DNA of 64,000 nt from IMGVR_UViG_3300028864_000016:124001-188000, one strand, 5' to 3'; counted from the first letter of the stretch, positions 50,817-61,975 are shown. Made by a program: numbers and translations. Notes: generated from the sequence alone by a model not told the origin.

Positions 50817-52013
50817 TTATTTAATACTTTCACTTATTCTTTTTTTAGCAATTTCAAAATAAGGTTCATCTTCTGTATTCATCATTTCTATATCAATCCA
50901 TTCTATATTATATCCTTCTCTATTTAATTCTTCACAACTTAGTCCATGAGTACCACTTCCAGCAGTTATATCTAATGACTTACCATCTATAGGTGTAACT
51001 AATTTAATAAGCCACTTGATTAATTTTTTAGGCTTGACTGTTATATGATTACAATAATCACCCTTTTCCTTTTTAGTTGGCTTTGCACAATATAGAAAAG
51101 GTGTATAATCATCAGAATCTATATTTAAGAAAAATCTACTTGCCCCACCTTCACTTGCTGGAATATCTTTTGGTTGTACCCTTCTCCCTCCGTTTCTCTC
51201 ATGTGAAATATCCCCACTTTTCCAATCCGTACCTGCAGGTTGACCTTTCTTAATTGCTCCACTTTTTAATAAACCGCTTTGATTATCTAATTCTTGTCCC
51301 ATACATGTATCAAATATAATATTAGCTGGAAATCTACCTTCATTATGTACACAATCTCTAGCTTGGGTTAATGGTGTACTTCCAGTTCCATATAAACTAT
51401 CTGCAGTTCCAAATCCTATTGACTTTGAATTCTCTGTAAAATTACATTTAGCTTTTACTAAATCTAAATCAGCTTGATTTTTATATTCAATTCTACAAGC
51501 ATCAATATTCATAGCTCCTACACCATATTCTTTTATATTATCTATGTATTTTCCTTGTAATGGCTTTTGAAAAACTGTTATAATTTCTTTAGCTGGTTTC
51601 AATCCACTTGTTTTCCATCCATTAAATTTCTCTGCTAGTTCAGTTTCATTAGCCTTATCAAATAATTTTCCTATATCTTGATTCTTAGGGAAGCCTGTAG
51701 AATAAACCCAATCTATTTCTTCAACTATTTTAAATCCAGCATCTTCAAACGCACATTTCATTCTATGGTTTGTTTTGTGATGCCCAAATATTAACACGTA
51801 TCCACCATGTTTAACGATTCTATGTAATCCTTCTGCTCTTTGTTTACACCATTCATAAAAATTACTATATGTATCCCATTTCTTACCCATGAATTTTAAA
51901 TCATATGGAAAATCAGATATACAATTGTCAAAATAATTATCTTCATATTGTTTCATTACTTCTAAATTATCACCATTTATTAATGTTCCGTTTCCTATTT
52001 TAATTTGTTTCAT
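50817..52013 (-). CDS. Second amino-methyltransferase (beta class) with long insertion and DFPY catalytic motif
   Basis: LINGDN, ISDFPYDL, HITVKP, LDITAGSGT. Confidence 0.85.
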   Translation of the reverse strand: MKQIKIGNGTLINGDNLEVMKQYEDNYFDNCISDFPYDLKFMGKKWDTYSNFYEWCKQRAEGLHRIVKHGGYVLIFGHHKTNHRMKCAFEDAGFKIVEEIDWVYSTGFPKNQDIGKLFDKANETELAEKFNGWKTSGLKPAKEIITVFQKPLQGKYIDNIKEYGVGAMNIDACRIEYKNQADLDLVKAKCNFTENSKSIGFGTADSLYGTGSTPLTQARDCVHNEGRFPANIIFDTCMGQELDNQSGLLKSGAIKKGQPAGTDWKSGDISHERNGGRRVQPKDIPASEGGASRFFLNIDSDDYTPFLYCAKPTKKEKGDYCNHITVKPKKLIKWLIKLVTPIDGKSLDITAGSGTHGLSCEELNREGYNIEWIDIEMMNTEDEPYFEIAKKRISESIK

Positions 52014-52380
52014 TTTACACCCCTTATTATTTTAATTTATTTGTCAAATTCTTCGATACTGTTTATAGTAATACAACCATCATTTATATCTGTTTTTAGT
52101 GTTTTAGAATCAACTAAAAACCATCCATCATTAAATAATTTTTCTAACTTTTCTTCAATACTTTCAATTAAGATTAAATTTTCTATATTGCCACAAGGAC
52201 ATATCTCGATACAATATTCCCTTTTGTCTTCTAGTTCACTTTCTATAAAAGTGCAATGTTTTTCATTGTTATAATCCAATTCAGGGCATTTTGTAATACA
52301 TTTATAATTTTTCATGAAATATATTCTCCTTTCTTTTTAATTTATTAATATTCTTGTAAAATCCATAATTTATTGGCTTT

Positions 52381-53112
52381 TTATGTACCACTTTTATAAT
52401 CTAAATAATCTTCCCAATCATCTTCTATGTATTCTAAATGGTCTAATACTTGTAATTCTCGTTCCTTATCATAATATTTATAATTAGGATACCAATCAAA
52501 GAAATCTTTATCATGTTTACTAGAATTACAAGTTGTACAAGCTGGTATCATATTTTCAAGAATATATCCTCCACCATTAACTACAGAAATAAAATGATCT
52601 TGTGCTAACTGTCTATTATTTTCTTTAAGTTCGTCTTCTTCAGTTTTACCACAATATGCACAACAATTATTAAAACAAGATTTTATGTATCTCCATTGTT
52701 CTCCTGTTAATGTAAATGGAAGCTTGTCCATTCGTTCTCTTCTTCTAGTTTGAAGTTCTATTTTCTTATCAGGATTATCTATAAAATATGTCCTAAAATA
52801 ATCTCTATAATATTCTATATTTTCCACCCTATATTTATCATTTCTATTTTTATATCTTTCTTTATGAGCTTGATAATATTCTCTACTGTTCTTTTCAAAC
52901 AATTCTTTGTAATGTTCTTTATTGTTTTCATAATATGTTCTATTTTGTATTTTTATTTTATCTTTCTTTTCTTGGTATCTTTTAATATTATATTCTTTCA
53001 TGCATTGTTTACAAGTTCTCGATAAGCCATCTTTACAATTTTTGTCTCTATCAAAATATTCAGATGTGGCTATAACTTCTTGTTTACATTTATTACATTC
53101 TTTTGTTTTCAA
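52381..53112 (-). CDS. HNH endonuclease with N-terminal zinc finger
   Basis: CNKC..CKQC; CAYCG, QDHFIS..GG, NMIPACTTCNSSK. Confidence 0.9.
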   Translation of the reverse strand: MKTKECNKCKQEVIATSEYFDRDKNCKDGLSRTCKQCMKEYNIKRYQEKKDKIKIQNRTYYENNKEHYKELFEKNSREYYQAHKERYKNRNDKYRVENIEYYRDYFRTYFIDNPDKKIELQTRRRERMDKLPFTLTGEQWRYIKSCFNNCCAYCGKTEEDELKENNRQLAQDHFISVVNGGGYILENMIPACTTCNSSKHDKDFFDWYPNYKYYDKERELQVLDHLEYIEDDWEDYLDYKSGT

Positions 53113-53177
53113 ATAACTCTTCCCTTCTTTTTATTAATTTATCAACATACTGTTAAAATCAACCTTCTACTTGGTTT

Positions 53178-53684
53178 TTATTTAAATAATTCATCTAATC
53201 TTGATTGTTCATCTATCCACTTATTTCCTTTATTTTTGTTTATGTTATCAATAGCATTTCTAAAAATCATTATATCATTACTAATCTGTTCTAATAATTT
53301 TTTAGGTGAATTATGATTCCACCCACTTTTTAGATTTTCAAATAATCGAGAATTACAATTTTCTTTAGCATTATGATATATTACAATATCTTCAACTTTT
53401 ATATAAACAAATATATGTCTATCTGATTCTTCTTCAAACCCATATGAAATATTACCCAAATTAATATTAAATCTTTCTCTACTAATATTATAATTCAATA
53501 AAGTATAATGATACTCAAGTGTTTCATATGTTGCATATGGAAATTCTATAGTTAGTAATTCTTTAAAATTTGACTTTTCGTTTATCATTTTCCCCAATGT
53601 TGTTAATTCGCTTATTATATTTTCTGGATTTTCTGGATTTTCTAAACTTTCTGTTTTGTTACTTTTATTTTTTCTAAAAAACAT
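53178..53684 (-). CDS. Hypothetical protein
   Basis: 168-aa ORF. Confidence 0.6.
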   Translation of the reverse strand: MFFRKNKSNKTESLENPENPENIISELTTLGKMINEKSNFKELLTIEFPYATYETLEYHYTLLNYNISRERFNINLGNISYGFEEESDRHIFVYIKVEDIVIYHNAKENCNSRLFENLKSGWNHNSPKKLLEQISNDIMIFRNAIDNINKNKGNKWIDEQSRLDELFK

Positions 53685-53739
53685 TTTAACCTCTCCTTAT
53701 ATTATATTAATTTATTAAACTCTTGCTAAAATTAACTTT

Positions 53740-54126
53740 TTATCTAGACTTATCCTCTATAGATATAACCTCAACATTATATTCATTACAAAATTCTTCT
53801 ATTAAAGTATCAGAATATATACAGGTATAATCAAACATATACCATTTAGATAATTCTTGATTTTTCCAATAGTCACTCAATAAAATTAAAGTTTGTTTTT
53901 CTTTATAATTCTCAACAATAACAGTTTTAATAATTTCTTCATCTTCATCTTTGAATGTTATTTCTGTTCCAACTGGTAAAACAGATTTCACACCTTTTTC
54001 TAGTCTGCCTATAGTTTGTTTTAATTCGTCTATCTCATGCTTGATTTCTATTCCATCGTTAATATTTTGTTTATATTCTCTTTTCTTTTCTTCTAATGCT
54101 TTTTGATATCTTTCTAAATCACTCAT
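53740..54126 (-). CDS. Hypothetical protein (N-terminal coiled coil)
   Basis: 128-aa ORF; stop overlaps a repeat-element copy. Confidence 0.6.
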   Translation of the reverse strand: MSDLERYQKALEEKKREYKQNINDGIEIKHEIDELKQTIGRLEKGVKSVLPVGTEITFKDEDEEIIKTVIVENYKEKQTLILLSDYWKNQELSKWYMFDYTCIYSDTLIEEFCNEYNVEVISIEDKSR

Positions 54127-54138
54127 ATGTTCTCTCCT

Positions 54139-54384
54139 TTAACAATTAATTAATACTTTTCCAGTACCTTTACAATTTATACATTGAAAATCCTCAATGG
54201 TTGGATTACGTCCCTCATGCTGAAAATAGTCTTTAGGATAATAATCCCAGATTCCAGTACCCTCGCATTCAAAACATGGAACAAATCCATAACCTTGCTT
54301 AATATTTTGTCTAGTTACTTTAACTTTCATGGGCGTTTCTCTATACCACCCTAAATATGCTATTACTTTCATATCAATTACCAC
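54139..54384 (-). CDS. DnaJ-type zinc-finger small protein
   Basis: CFECEGTG and CINCKGTG. Confidence 0.65.
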   Translation of the reverse strand: MVIDMKVIAYLGWYRETPMKVKVTRQNIKQGYGFVPCFECEGTGIWDYYPKDYFQHEGRNPTIEDFQCINCKGTGKVLINC

Positions 54385-55148
54385 TAATATCTATGTATGA
54401 AGCATAAATTCTTCCATCATCACCCCAGTAACAACCAACTTCTTTAACTCCATCTTCCTTTTGATAATGTTCTTGTAACCATTTATAGTGTTCTATCATA
54501 CTTCCAAAACTTATTGATTTTATATCTCTCACATTACTCACCATCCAACATTTCATTTATTGCTATTATTTGCTTTAAAACATTACCATATAAACTCTCA
54601 TTTTTATCATTGACATAATTTTTGTCTAGTTCATTTTCTATATCTAATAATATTATTTTCCTTCTATATATTGATGTTCCAAATCCTTGACCTTTTGTTT
54701 TATATCTTTCATAGTCAGCCTTTAATACTTCATCAATTGATTTAAAACTTTGTAATCCTACTATAATTGTACTTCTTAATCCATCTCTTAATTCTTTATT
54801 CATTTTAATCATTTCTCCTTCAAATTTAATTTATTTCTTTTAATTTATTATTTATTCCTTTCTGTAATATGTACTATCAAAAAGATAATTAATGGCACAC
54901 CTACAGAAAATATTATTGCTTGCATTATTCTTTCTCTAATGTCCATTTATCTTGCATATACAAAAATACTGGGCAAGGTCTATAAGTTCCATTAAGTTCT
55001 ATCATCAAATCTCCATATACTCCCTTAAAAAGTTTGAATTTATCATCACCAACTCTTTTAAATTTTCTATCTTTATTTGAAAAGTTGTTTAAAAACGCTA
55101 TTACTTGAAACATCGTACATTCCATTTGTTTTATTCCTCCATACATAA

Positions 55149-55673
55149 CTATTTACATAATTTTTCATATAGGTGTTTAGTTTCAAAATAATCATATAAA
55201 TCATTACTACTTTTAAAATTAACATCTCCTTTAAATCCCTTGAATTCAGTCTTATCAAGCTTTAGCCTATTAATAATATCCTTTATCTTATCTCCACGTT
55301 TAAACATATTTATCATTCTTGTATACCAAGGCGAATTAATAAACAATATTTTAACTTTTTTATCAATTCGACTATAGTCAAAACTCTTTACCCCAACAAC
55401 ATCAATTACATAGAAATCAGATACTTCTAAGTCCTGTACTGTTGTATAATATCTGTATCCGTTATAATTAGTTTTTGCCACAGCATCATTAAATTCTTTA
55501 TCTGCAATTTTGTCTGTTACAAATTTATGCCCTATTTCATCTTTACATCTAGGTTGTCTAGTTGTTCTACTATTAACTTGTTTCATATTAAACTGTCTAC
55601 AAATTTTGTTTATTATGTAAGTTTTCCCAGAACCAGATGCACCAACTACTAACCATAATATATTTTTACTCAT
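55149..55673 (-). CDS. gmk: Guanylate kinase-like protein
   Basis: GASGSGKT P-loop, SRTTRQPR, YNGYRY, VIDVVG. Confidence 0.85.
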   Translation of the reverse strand: MSKNILWLVVGASGSGKTYIINKICRQFNMKQVNSRTTRQPRCKDEIGHKFVTDKIADKEFNDAVAKTNYNGYRYYTTVQDLEVSDFYVIDVVGVKSFDYSRIDKKVKILFINSPWYTRMINMFKRGDKIKDIINRLKLDKTEFKGFKGDVNFKSSNDLYDYFETKHLYEKLCK

Positions 55674-55683
55674 TATCTATCAC

Positions 55684-56031
55684 CTACACAATTCCCAAAA
55701 TTTTTTCTACTAATGTTTTTCTTTCACCATCTATTTCATTTCTAACACTTCCATAATGGTTATATACATTTATTATTTTGTTCTCTTCTATATTAAACAC
55801 AAGTGTTAAATTCCCATAAGCCCTCTTTATAGTTGCAGAGTCTCTAAAGAACTCTTTCCCAACATTCCAATTTCTAATTAGTTTATGTATACATGTATCA
55901 ATACTTTCTTCACTGTTACTTTTAATCTTGCACCTATATTTACCTAATGCTCTTTCAGAAATATCTACTATTTCTATATTATTCTTTTTTATTTTTTGTT
56001 TTAATACAAACTTTTCAATTAATTTTATCAT
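55684..56031 (-). CDS. Hypothetical protein
   Basis: 115-aa ORF. Confidence 0.6.
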   Translation of the reverse strand: MIKLIEKFVLKQKIKKNNIEIVDISERALGKYRCKIKSNSEESIDTCIHKLIRNWNVGKEFFRDSATIKRAYGNLTLVFNIEENKIINVYNHYGSVRNEIDGERKTLVEKILGIV

Positions 56032-56181
56032 TTCTTTTTCCCTCTTTCTATTAATTTGTTACTTTATGAAAATTCAATTTTTTAACTCTCTCATACTCAC
56101 GCATACTCGTTCATGCTCTTGTTTTCAAGCCTAAATTTCAATTAAAATCAGTATTTTAAAATGAAAATGATTATCAGTTAT

Positions 56182-56559
56182 TTATATTCCTCTATTACTA
56201 ATATAGTCACACCATTTAATAAAAGCTTTTATAATAGGCTCTGTATTTGTACTATCTGCCCATCCACAAAAACCAATAAACCCATCTCTATTAAAAGAAA
56301 TACATTCTCTCCCTCCAAAATAACTTCCATCAACTTTTATATATGCATGATGCAATCCCTGTTTAGTGAATTTCTTATCTTTATAACCTAATTGTTTAAC
56401 CTTCATACCCATTTCTTTTGAATACTTTGTACCATTGTTTAAATATTTTTCTAGTTCTTGATCAATAAAATATATTAGTTTTTCTAATAATTCTATATTT
56501 ATATATGCATAACTTAAACCTTTGCTTTTAAAATATTCTCTTGCTTGGTCATTATTCAC
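56182..56559 (-). CDS. Hypothetical phage protein
   Basis: YFGGRECISFNRDGFIGFCGWAD motif. Confidence 0.7.
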   Translation of the reverse strand: MNNDQAREYFKSKGLSYAYINIELLEKLIYFIDQELEKYLNNGTKYSKEMGMKVKQLGYKDKKFTKQGLHHAYIKVDGSYFGGRECISFNRDGFIGFCGWADSTNTEPIIKAFIKWCDYISNRGI

Positions 56560-56706
56560 ACTCTCTTCAACTCCTTTAACATCTTATATTTTTTATTTAA
56601 TTTATTGTATACCCTGTTAATTGCTTCCTGTCTTATGTATTCTTGTCTTTCACTTTCTGGAATTTGACTTAAACATATTTTCATAAATCTTACCTCCTTA
56701 ATTATT

Positions 56707-56735
56707 ATCTTACAACTTTTCTTAATGCTTGTCTA
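56707..56735 (-). promoter_or_regulatory. Sigma-A type promoter
   Basis: TAGACA-17-TAAGAT with upstream AACAAATTAACAGAAA box. Confidence 0.7.
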
Positions 56736-56763
56736 TATTTATTTCTGTTAATTTGTTTAATTA

Positions 56764-57486
56764 TTAAAATCCACTATATTCTCCTCCTTGATTTAACATT
56801 ATTTCTAACTCATTTATAACTTCTTTTAAGGTCTTGTCCTTATCTGTTTCTTTTAATTCACGTTCTAGTTGCAGTTTTAGTCTATTTATTCTAGACTTAG
56901 GCAAATAATCACTAGGATTTTCAGTTTTATCTCTTATAAAAAATAACTCATTACTTGCTTCTATTTTTCTCGACTCCATTTCTTTATATGACTTTTCTAA
57001 TTTATCAATTCTCTTTTTTAATTTATTTATGTATTTTTCATCACATGTATTATAAAATTTAGTTACTTCTCTGCTTAAAGACCTTATCATAGAATTCTTT
57101 AGAATATCCATTTCTACTTTTAATTCTTGTTTCTTAGGCTTTTTTAGTAATGTTAAACACATATTATCTCTAGATTCATAACTACCATATACCCCTATTT
57201 CTTTAGGAATTTCATCTTTAACTTCCTCAAATAATTCTTTAGGCATAACATAATAGTTGTAATGACCTACAAAATTATGACCGTGTTCACTATGAAAATC
57301 AGACTTGCTTATTTTTATTTCATAGCACCTGAATATATCTTTAAAATCCATTGTCATATAATCAACTCTTTGACGACCGAACCACCCAATAGTCACTTCA
57401 AAACATCCTAAAGTCTTTCCTATAGTTTCTTTATATATAGCTTGTTCAATCTTTTCAGTTAATTCTGTTTTAGCTATTTCAATCAC
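56764..57486 (-). CDS. PD-(D/E)xK nuclease-like protein (MmcB-like)
   Basis: EV..RVDY..CYEIKISKSDF, NFVGHYNYYVMP. Confidence 0.7.
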   Translation of the reverse strand: MIEIAKTELTEKIEQAIYKETIGKTLGCFEVTIGWFGRQRVDYMTMDFKDIFRCYEIKISKSDFHSEHGHNFVGHYNYYVMPKELFEEVKDEIPKEIGVYGSYESRDNMCLTLLKKPKKQELKVEMDILKNSMIRSLSREVTKFYNTCDEKYINKLKKRIDKLEKSYKEMESRKIEASNELFFIRDKTENPSDYLPKSRINRLKLQLERELKETDKDKTLKEVINELEIMLNQGGEYSGF

Positions 57487-57556
57487 CTTCTTTACACTTT
57501 CTAATTAATAATAAATCCCCTTAAAGCACGTCTTTTAAAAAGTCATATTTTACCAA

Positions 57557-57895
57557 TTATATTTCTTCATTAAATACTAATTCAGTTATAGAATAACTAC
57601 CTTTAACTTTGTTCTCTTTATATATTAAAACATTCTGTTGGTATTCTCCTTCCTCTTGATATGGAGTCTCTTTAAAGTAACCTTGTCTAACCATATATCC
57701 ACTATCTTTATCCATATCTATTTCATAACCATATTTTAACCAATCTAAAGCAACTCTCTCAAATATAAATGTGTGATAATGTCCTTTTATATAACAACCC
57801 AAATAGGCATCATCTGAACTTGAAATTTTAATATTGTCATATATTTCTTTCTTTTTATCAGAATATTTGTCATAAACTTCTTCTTTAAAATTCAT
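57557..57895 (-). CDS. Hypothetical protein
   Basis: 112-aa ORF. Confidence 0.6.
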   Translation of the reverse strand: MNFKEEVYDKYSDKKKEIYDNIKISSSDDAYLGCYIKGHYHTFIFERVALDWLKYGYEIDMDKDSGYMVRQGYFKETPYQEEGEYQQNVLIYKENKVKGSYSITELVFNEEI

Positions 57896-57896
57896 T

Positions 57897-58208
57897 TTAT
57901 TTTTCCTCCTTAGTATTAGATTTTAAATTTCTTTCATCCAATATCTTTTTTATTTTATATTCTACATTTAACCTTTCAAAATCACTTAATATAAATCCCC
58001 ATAACTTCATAAGTTCATCATTACTCATATTCTCTAAATTTTCTTGTTTTAGAAAGTCTTCTAAACTAACTGCATTATTTGAAGATTCTATTGGCTCTAT
58101 CCTTTTTAAACAATAGGAGTCCATTTCATTAACCCCTAAGTTTTTACATGTGCCAGTTTCTCTATTGCTGTCACACTTCATATTCCAACACTTTAACCAT
58201 TCTGACAT
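57897..58208 (-). CDS. Hypothetical protein with N-terminal Cys cluster
   Basis: CWNMKC..C..C. Confidence 0.6.
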   Translation of the reverse strand: MSEWLKCWNMKCDSNRETGTCKNLGVNEMDSYCLKRIEPIESSNNAVSLEDFLKQENLENMSNDELMKLWGFILSDFERLNVEYKIKKILDERNLKSNTKEEK

Positions 58209-58649
58209 TCATTTTTGCCTCCTTTTAAAATATCACTTTTTAGTTTGACTTATTTAATTTATCTTTTAACGTTCTATTTTCATTTTCTAAACTCCATGTG
58301 ACAAGTTCTATTGAAGTTAACCATAATACTTGAGATATTAACATTATCCATATTCCTGTACCTAAATTAGTTCTTACTCCTACTAAATATGCTATTAAAA
58401 AACTTGGTATAAAACAAACAGAACCCAATATTGTACCAATTAATTGTTTTTTATCTCTAAATTTAAACATTACTTTTCATCTCCTTTACTTTCTTTTACA
58501 ATTTCGATTACTGCATAAGTACCTTTTTTATATTCTTGTGACAATTCATCGTTATGTATTTTGATTAACTTTTTCACAAATTCATCACTTAACATACTTA
58601 CATCTGCCATCTCCTTATGTAATTTATATTAATTTGTTTGTCTAAACTA

Positions 58650-58678
58650 ATATTAGCATAAACTACCAATCAATGCAA
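58650..58678 (-). promoter_or_regulatory. Sigma-A type promoter
   Basis: TTGCAT-17-TAATAT, repeat box both upstream and downstream. Confidence 0.7.
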
Positions 58679-58747
58679 TAGTAATTCTATTAATTTATTT
58701 AAATATTTTATAAAAATAAGGAAGTATTATTTTACTTCCTTGCTTGA

Positions 58748-59362
58748 TTAATTTTCTTTCAACTTAATTTCTTTTGGCTTCATTATAAATTCTAAATAAT
58801 GTTTCCTACAATATCCTTTAGCATAATATTTTCTGCCACATTCATTAATATTACAATGTTTTATTTTAACATCATTAGAATACAAAGGATCTCCATGATT
58901 ATACCATTTATTATAATGACTTCTACAGTAACCATTACCATAAGATTTTTCATTGCAACTACTTACTTTACAAATTGTTGGATATTTTATTCTTCTTTCA
59001 ATAAGTGTTATCTTCCCATGGTTTAAATACTGATGATAATGTCTTATGCAATATCCTTTAGCTAAAATTATATCATTGCACCCTTCTACTTTACAGATAG
59101 AAATATTGTCATTCCCTAATTCATTCTTTAATTCTAGATTTTTAAATCTTTGTTTATTATAATGATATTTACAAAGGGTTTTAGAGTAAACATTTTTATC
59201 ACAACCATCAATAGAACATCTACTATCTTTAATAATGGGGTTTACTTCTAATTCAGGAGTTAGTCTGCCATGATTCTTTATTTGCAAATAGTGCTTTCTA
59301 CAATATTCCTTTAAACCATATCGTTCTTTATTACAATTATCTGCCTTACATTTTTCTTTCAT
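58748..59362 (-). CDS. Basic protein made of five C-x4-C-x9/10-C-x2-H-Y zinc-finger-like repeats, no nuclease domain
   Basis: Five repeats read directly from the translation. Confidence 0.8.
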   Translation of the reverse strand: MKEKCKADNCNKERYGLKEYCRKHYLQIKNHGRLTPELEVNPIIKDSRCSIDGCDKNVYSKTLCKYHYNKQRFKNLELKNELGNDNISICKVEGCNDIILAKGYCIRHYHQYLNHGKITLIERRIKYPTICKVSSCNEKSYGNGYCRSHYNKWYNHGDPLYSNDVKIKHCNINECGRKYYAKGYCRKHYLEFIMKPKEIKLKEN

Positions 59363-59482
59363 AATATATTTTCACCTCACAGTAATAGTATTATCTATTA
59401 TTTAAGGTTTATACATTTTCGATTAACATGCAATAAAATATTCCCATAAATTGCAAATTTTAAAAGGTTTTTCAGAAAAGTT

Positions 59483-59507
59483 AAAAGGCTACAACTTAGT
59501 CATAACC
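59483..59507 (-). terminator. Intrinsic terminator
   Basis: GGTTATGAC-TAA-GTTGTAGCC-TTTT. Confidence 0.65.
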
Positions 59508-59822
59508 TCATTATTGTTTTTCTTATTTTTATCTAACTTCTAAAACTTTCCACAAATTTTTAATAAAAGACTCTCCTACATTACCACTTTCATATAAATA
59601 TCTTACTCTATTCCTATATTCTTCTTTTCCTTCATATGGGTTATTTATTATATCCGTAGCATTAGCATAAGCGATAGATTTTCTTCTTTTCCCATGTAAA
59701 TTTAATCCAAGCATATAAGAATCAATTTCTTTTTCAAAGGCTTCATAAGTGATCAAATTTTTTAAATTTTGCTTTAATTGGTCTATAAGTTCTTTATTTT
59801 CTAAATATCTTTCTTTTAACAT

Positions 59823-60689
59823 TTAAAGCCCTCTTTTATATTTCCATTGATTTTTTATTTTTTCTTGTTCATAAGCTTCTCTATTGTCTATTTCTCTCCA
59901 AGTGTCTTCATAATCATTACTACCATAAAAATTACAATCATTATATTCTTTTCTATACCAATCGATAAATGGACACATCACACCTGATTCAATGCAATCT
60001 AGTGAAAGGTCTCTAAAATTAGATACTCTTTTAAAAGCTTGATTGTTAATCATTAATATCCCATCAGTATCTTTTGACATTAAAATTTTATCATTGTCAA
60101 AAACTTTATTTAATTCAGTAATAATTTCTTTGTTATTATAATTATAATCATGTGATTCTTCTTCTAGTTCAGTTTCCACATCTAATATCAATTTAAAAAT
60201 ACCTTTTCCTATATGTTCAAATAATCTCAATCTATTATTGTTACTAAATTTTATTTTTCCACTTTCTAAATCCTCTAAATTGAAATCATCTTGGCATATA
60301 AATTCAATCCATCTATTTTCATTATTACAATGTACGTGTAAATCCTCAATATATTTTGGAGCAGAACACTCTATTATATCTTCAACTAGCCCACCATATT
60401 CATCTATTGATTTTATAAAACTATAAAAAGGAATTATTCTCATTTCTTTTGATGCTATTCGTTTTAATCTTTTATAGACTTCATATAACAATCTTATTTG
60501 ATTTATATAATTTTCAGTTTCTTCTCTTTGGATTTCAACTTCTTTTTTATACATTTTCTCAATAAGCTCATTCTTGTTAAGTTTTTTTATATCTTCTTCA
60601 GTTATATGATTTCTTAACAAATACCTAGTTATATCATAATTATCTTTTAAAATTACTGCTAGTTGTTCAAAATCTTTTATATTCATCAC
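59823..60689 (-). CDS. Hypothetical protein
   Basis: 288-aa ORF. Confidence 0.7.
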   Translation of the reverse strand: MMNIKDFEQLAVILKDNYDITRYLLRNHITEEDIKKLNKNELIEKMYKKEVEIQREETENYINQIRLLYEVYKRLKRIASKEMRIIPFYSFIKSIDEYGGLVEDIIECSAPKYIEDLHVHCNNENRWIEFICQDDFNLEDLESGKIKFSNNNRLRLFEHIGKGIFKLILDVETELEEESHDYNYNNKEIITELNKVFDNDKILMSKDTDGILMINNQAFKRVSNFRDLSLDCIESGVMCPFIDWYRKEYNDCNFYGSNDYEDTWREIDNREAYEQEKIKNQWKYKRGL

Positions 60690-60748
60690 TTCACCTCATT
60701 AGTTTTTATAATAAAATTATAACACATCCTAAATACCATTTCCTTATA

Positions 60749-61153
60749 TTAATTAACATAGACACAATATTTTACGATTTTATTTAATAAATTTTTCATA
60801 TATCCCATATCACATTTTTGTTCAACATGTTCTATATTACCCTCTAAAACCTTATCTCCAACGGTTAACCTAATGTCTCTTCTTTTAATTATTATCATTA
60901 GATTAAGCAATATTTTATATAATTCTTTTTCAGTATATAATATTAATTTTTCTTCTTTATAAGAATATCTACCGACATTAATTCTTTTATCTATAGAAAT
61001 TTCATAATTTTCGTCTATATTCATAACATATGCTATCGCAATACTTTCATCTTCAATTCCTAAGATCAACTTCCCTATTTCTTCTTCTTTAACGATAATG
61101 ACATTATCTTCTGATCCAAACCATTGTTCATAAACTTCTTTATAACTTTTCAC
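60749..61153 (-). CDS. Hypothetical protein
   Basis: 134-aa ORF. Confidence 0.6.
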   Translation of the reverse strand: MKSYKEVYEQWFGSEDNVIIVKEEEIGKLILGIEDESIAIAYVMNIDENYEISIDKRINVGRYSYKEEKLILYTEKELYKILLNLMIIIKRRDIRLTVGDKVLEGNIEHVEQKCDMGYMKNLLNKIVKYCVYVN

Positions 61154-61169
61154 CTATAACACTCCAATC

Positions 61170-61961
61170 TTATAACTTAATAGACTTAGCTCCAGTTTCA
61201 ATATTATATCCTTTATTTTCTAAATAATCATATGCATCACTAATTATTGTTTTAGATGAATTACATTTTAATGTACATATTTCTATATTAGAAAACTTAT
61301 TTCGTAAAGCATTAAAATATTTTATGGTTTCAGTGATATCCTCTTTGGTCATCATTTTTATTATAATACACTTATGAATTCCATTTACTATTTGAATTGA
61401 ATTATTATCAATATCATCCATTGATGTGACATTTAAAATAAATAATTCTGAACTAAATATTTTATCTTCTAATTTTTCTTTTTCTATAATTTCTTCAAAT
61501 AGATTTTTTCTTCTTGGAATAAATATTTCTATATTGCCATTGTCTATTTCTGTAATTCCTGCCAAATCATTTTTATTCATACTTTTTAATTCTGGACGTT
61601 GTTTAATCATTTTATTATAAATGTAATCAGGTAAAGACTCTCGTTTAAATACCTTATATTCATAACCATATTTTTTATCAAAGAAACAAATTGAATATTC
61701 TTGATTATTATCTTTATCAATTAAATAAACTCTATCGGTATTACTGTCTGATGTTTCTATAAGCCATTTATTTGAAATATTTTTTAATTTAAAATTATCT
61801 TTATTTAATAAATATTCTACCCTTTCCTTATGTCTATCAGTAACTATATTATTACTAGAAATATTAATCTCCATCACAAATTCACCCTTCCACATTTTTA
61901 TATATTTATTATTATACCAATTAATGTAAATAATATACAATAAGAGCTGATATAAAATCAA
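61170..61961 (-). CDS. Hypothetical protein (likely start at MEINISS)
   Basis: ORF; GGAAGGGTG RBS-like sequence before the internal ATG. Confidence 0.65.
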   Translation of the reverse strand: MILYQLLLYIIYINWYNNKYIKMWKGEFVMEINISSNNIVTDRHKERVEYLLNKDNFKLKNISNKWLIETSDSNTDRVYLIDKDNNQEYSICFFDKKYGYEYKVFKRESLPDYIYNKMIKQRPELKSMNKNDLAGITEIDNGNIEIFIPRRKNLFEEIIEKEKLEDKIFSSELFILNVTSMDDIDNNSIQIVNGIHKCIIIKMMTKEDITETIKYFNALRNKFSNIEICTLKCNSSKTIISDAYDYLENKGYNIETGAKSIKL

Positions 61962-61975
61962 CTCCTATAAACCAT

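Noticed and set aside
53620-53650. Short ENPENPEN tandem repeat in ORF 53178-53684
   Set aside because: Simple 9-bp slippage duplication that keeps frame; no further evidence of function
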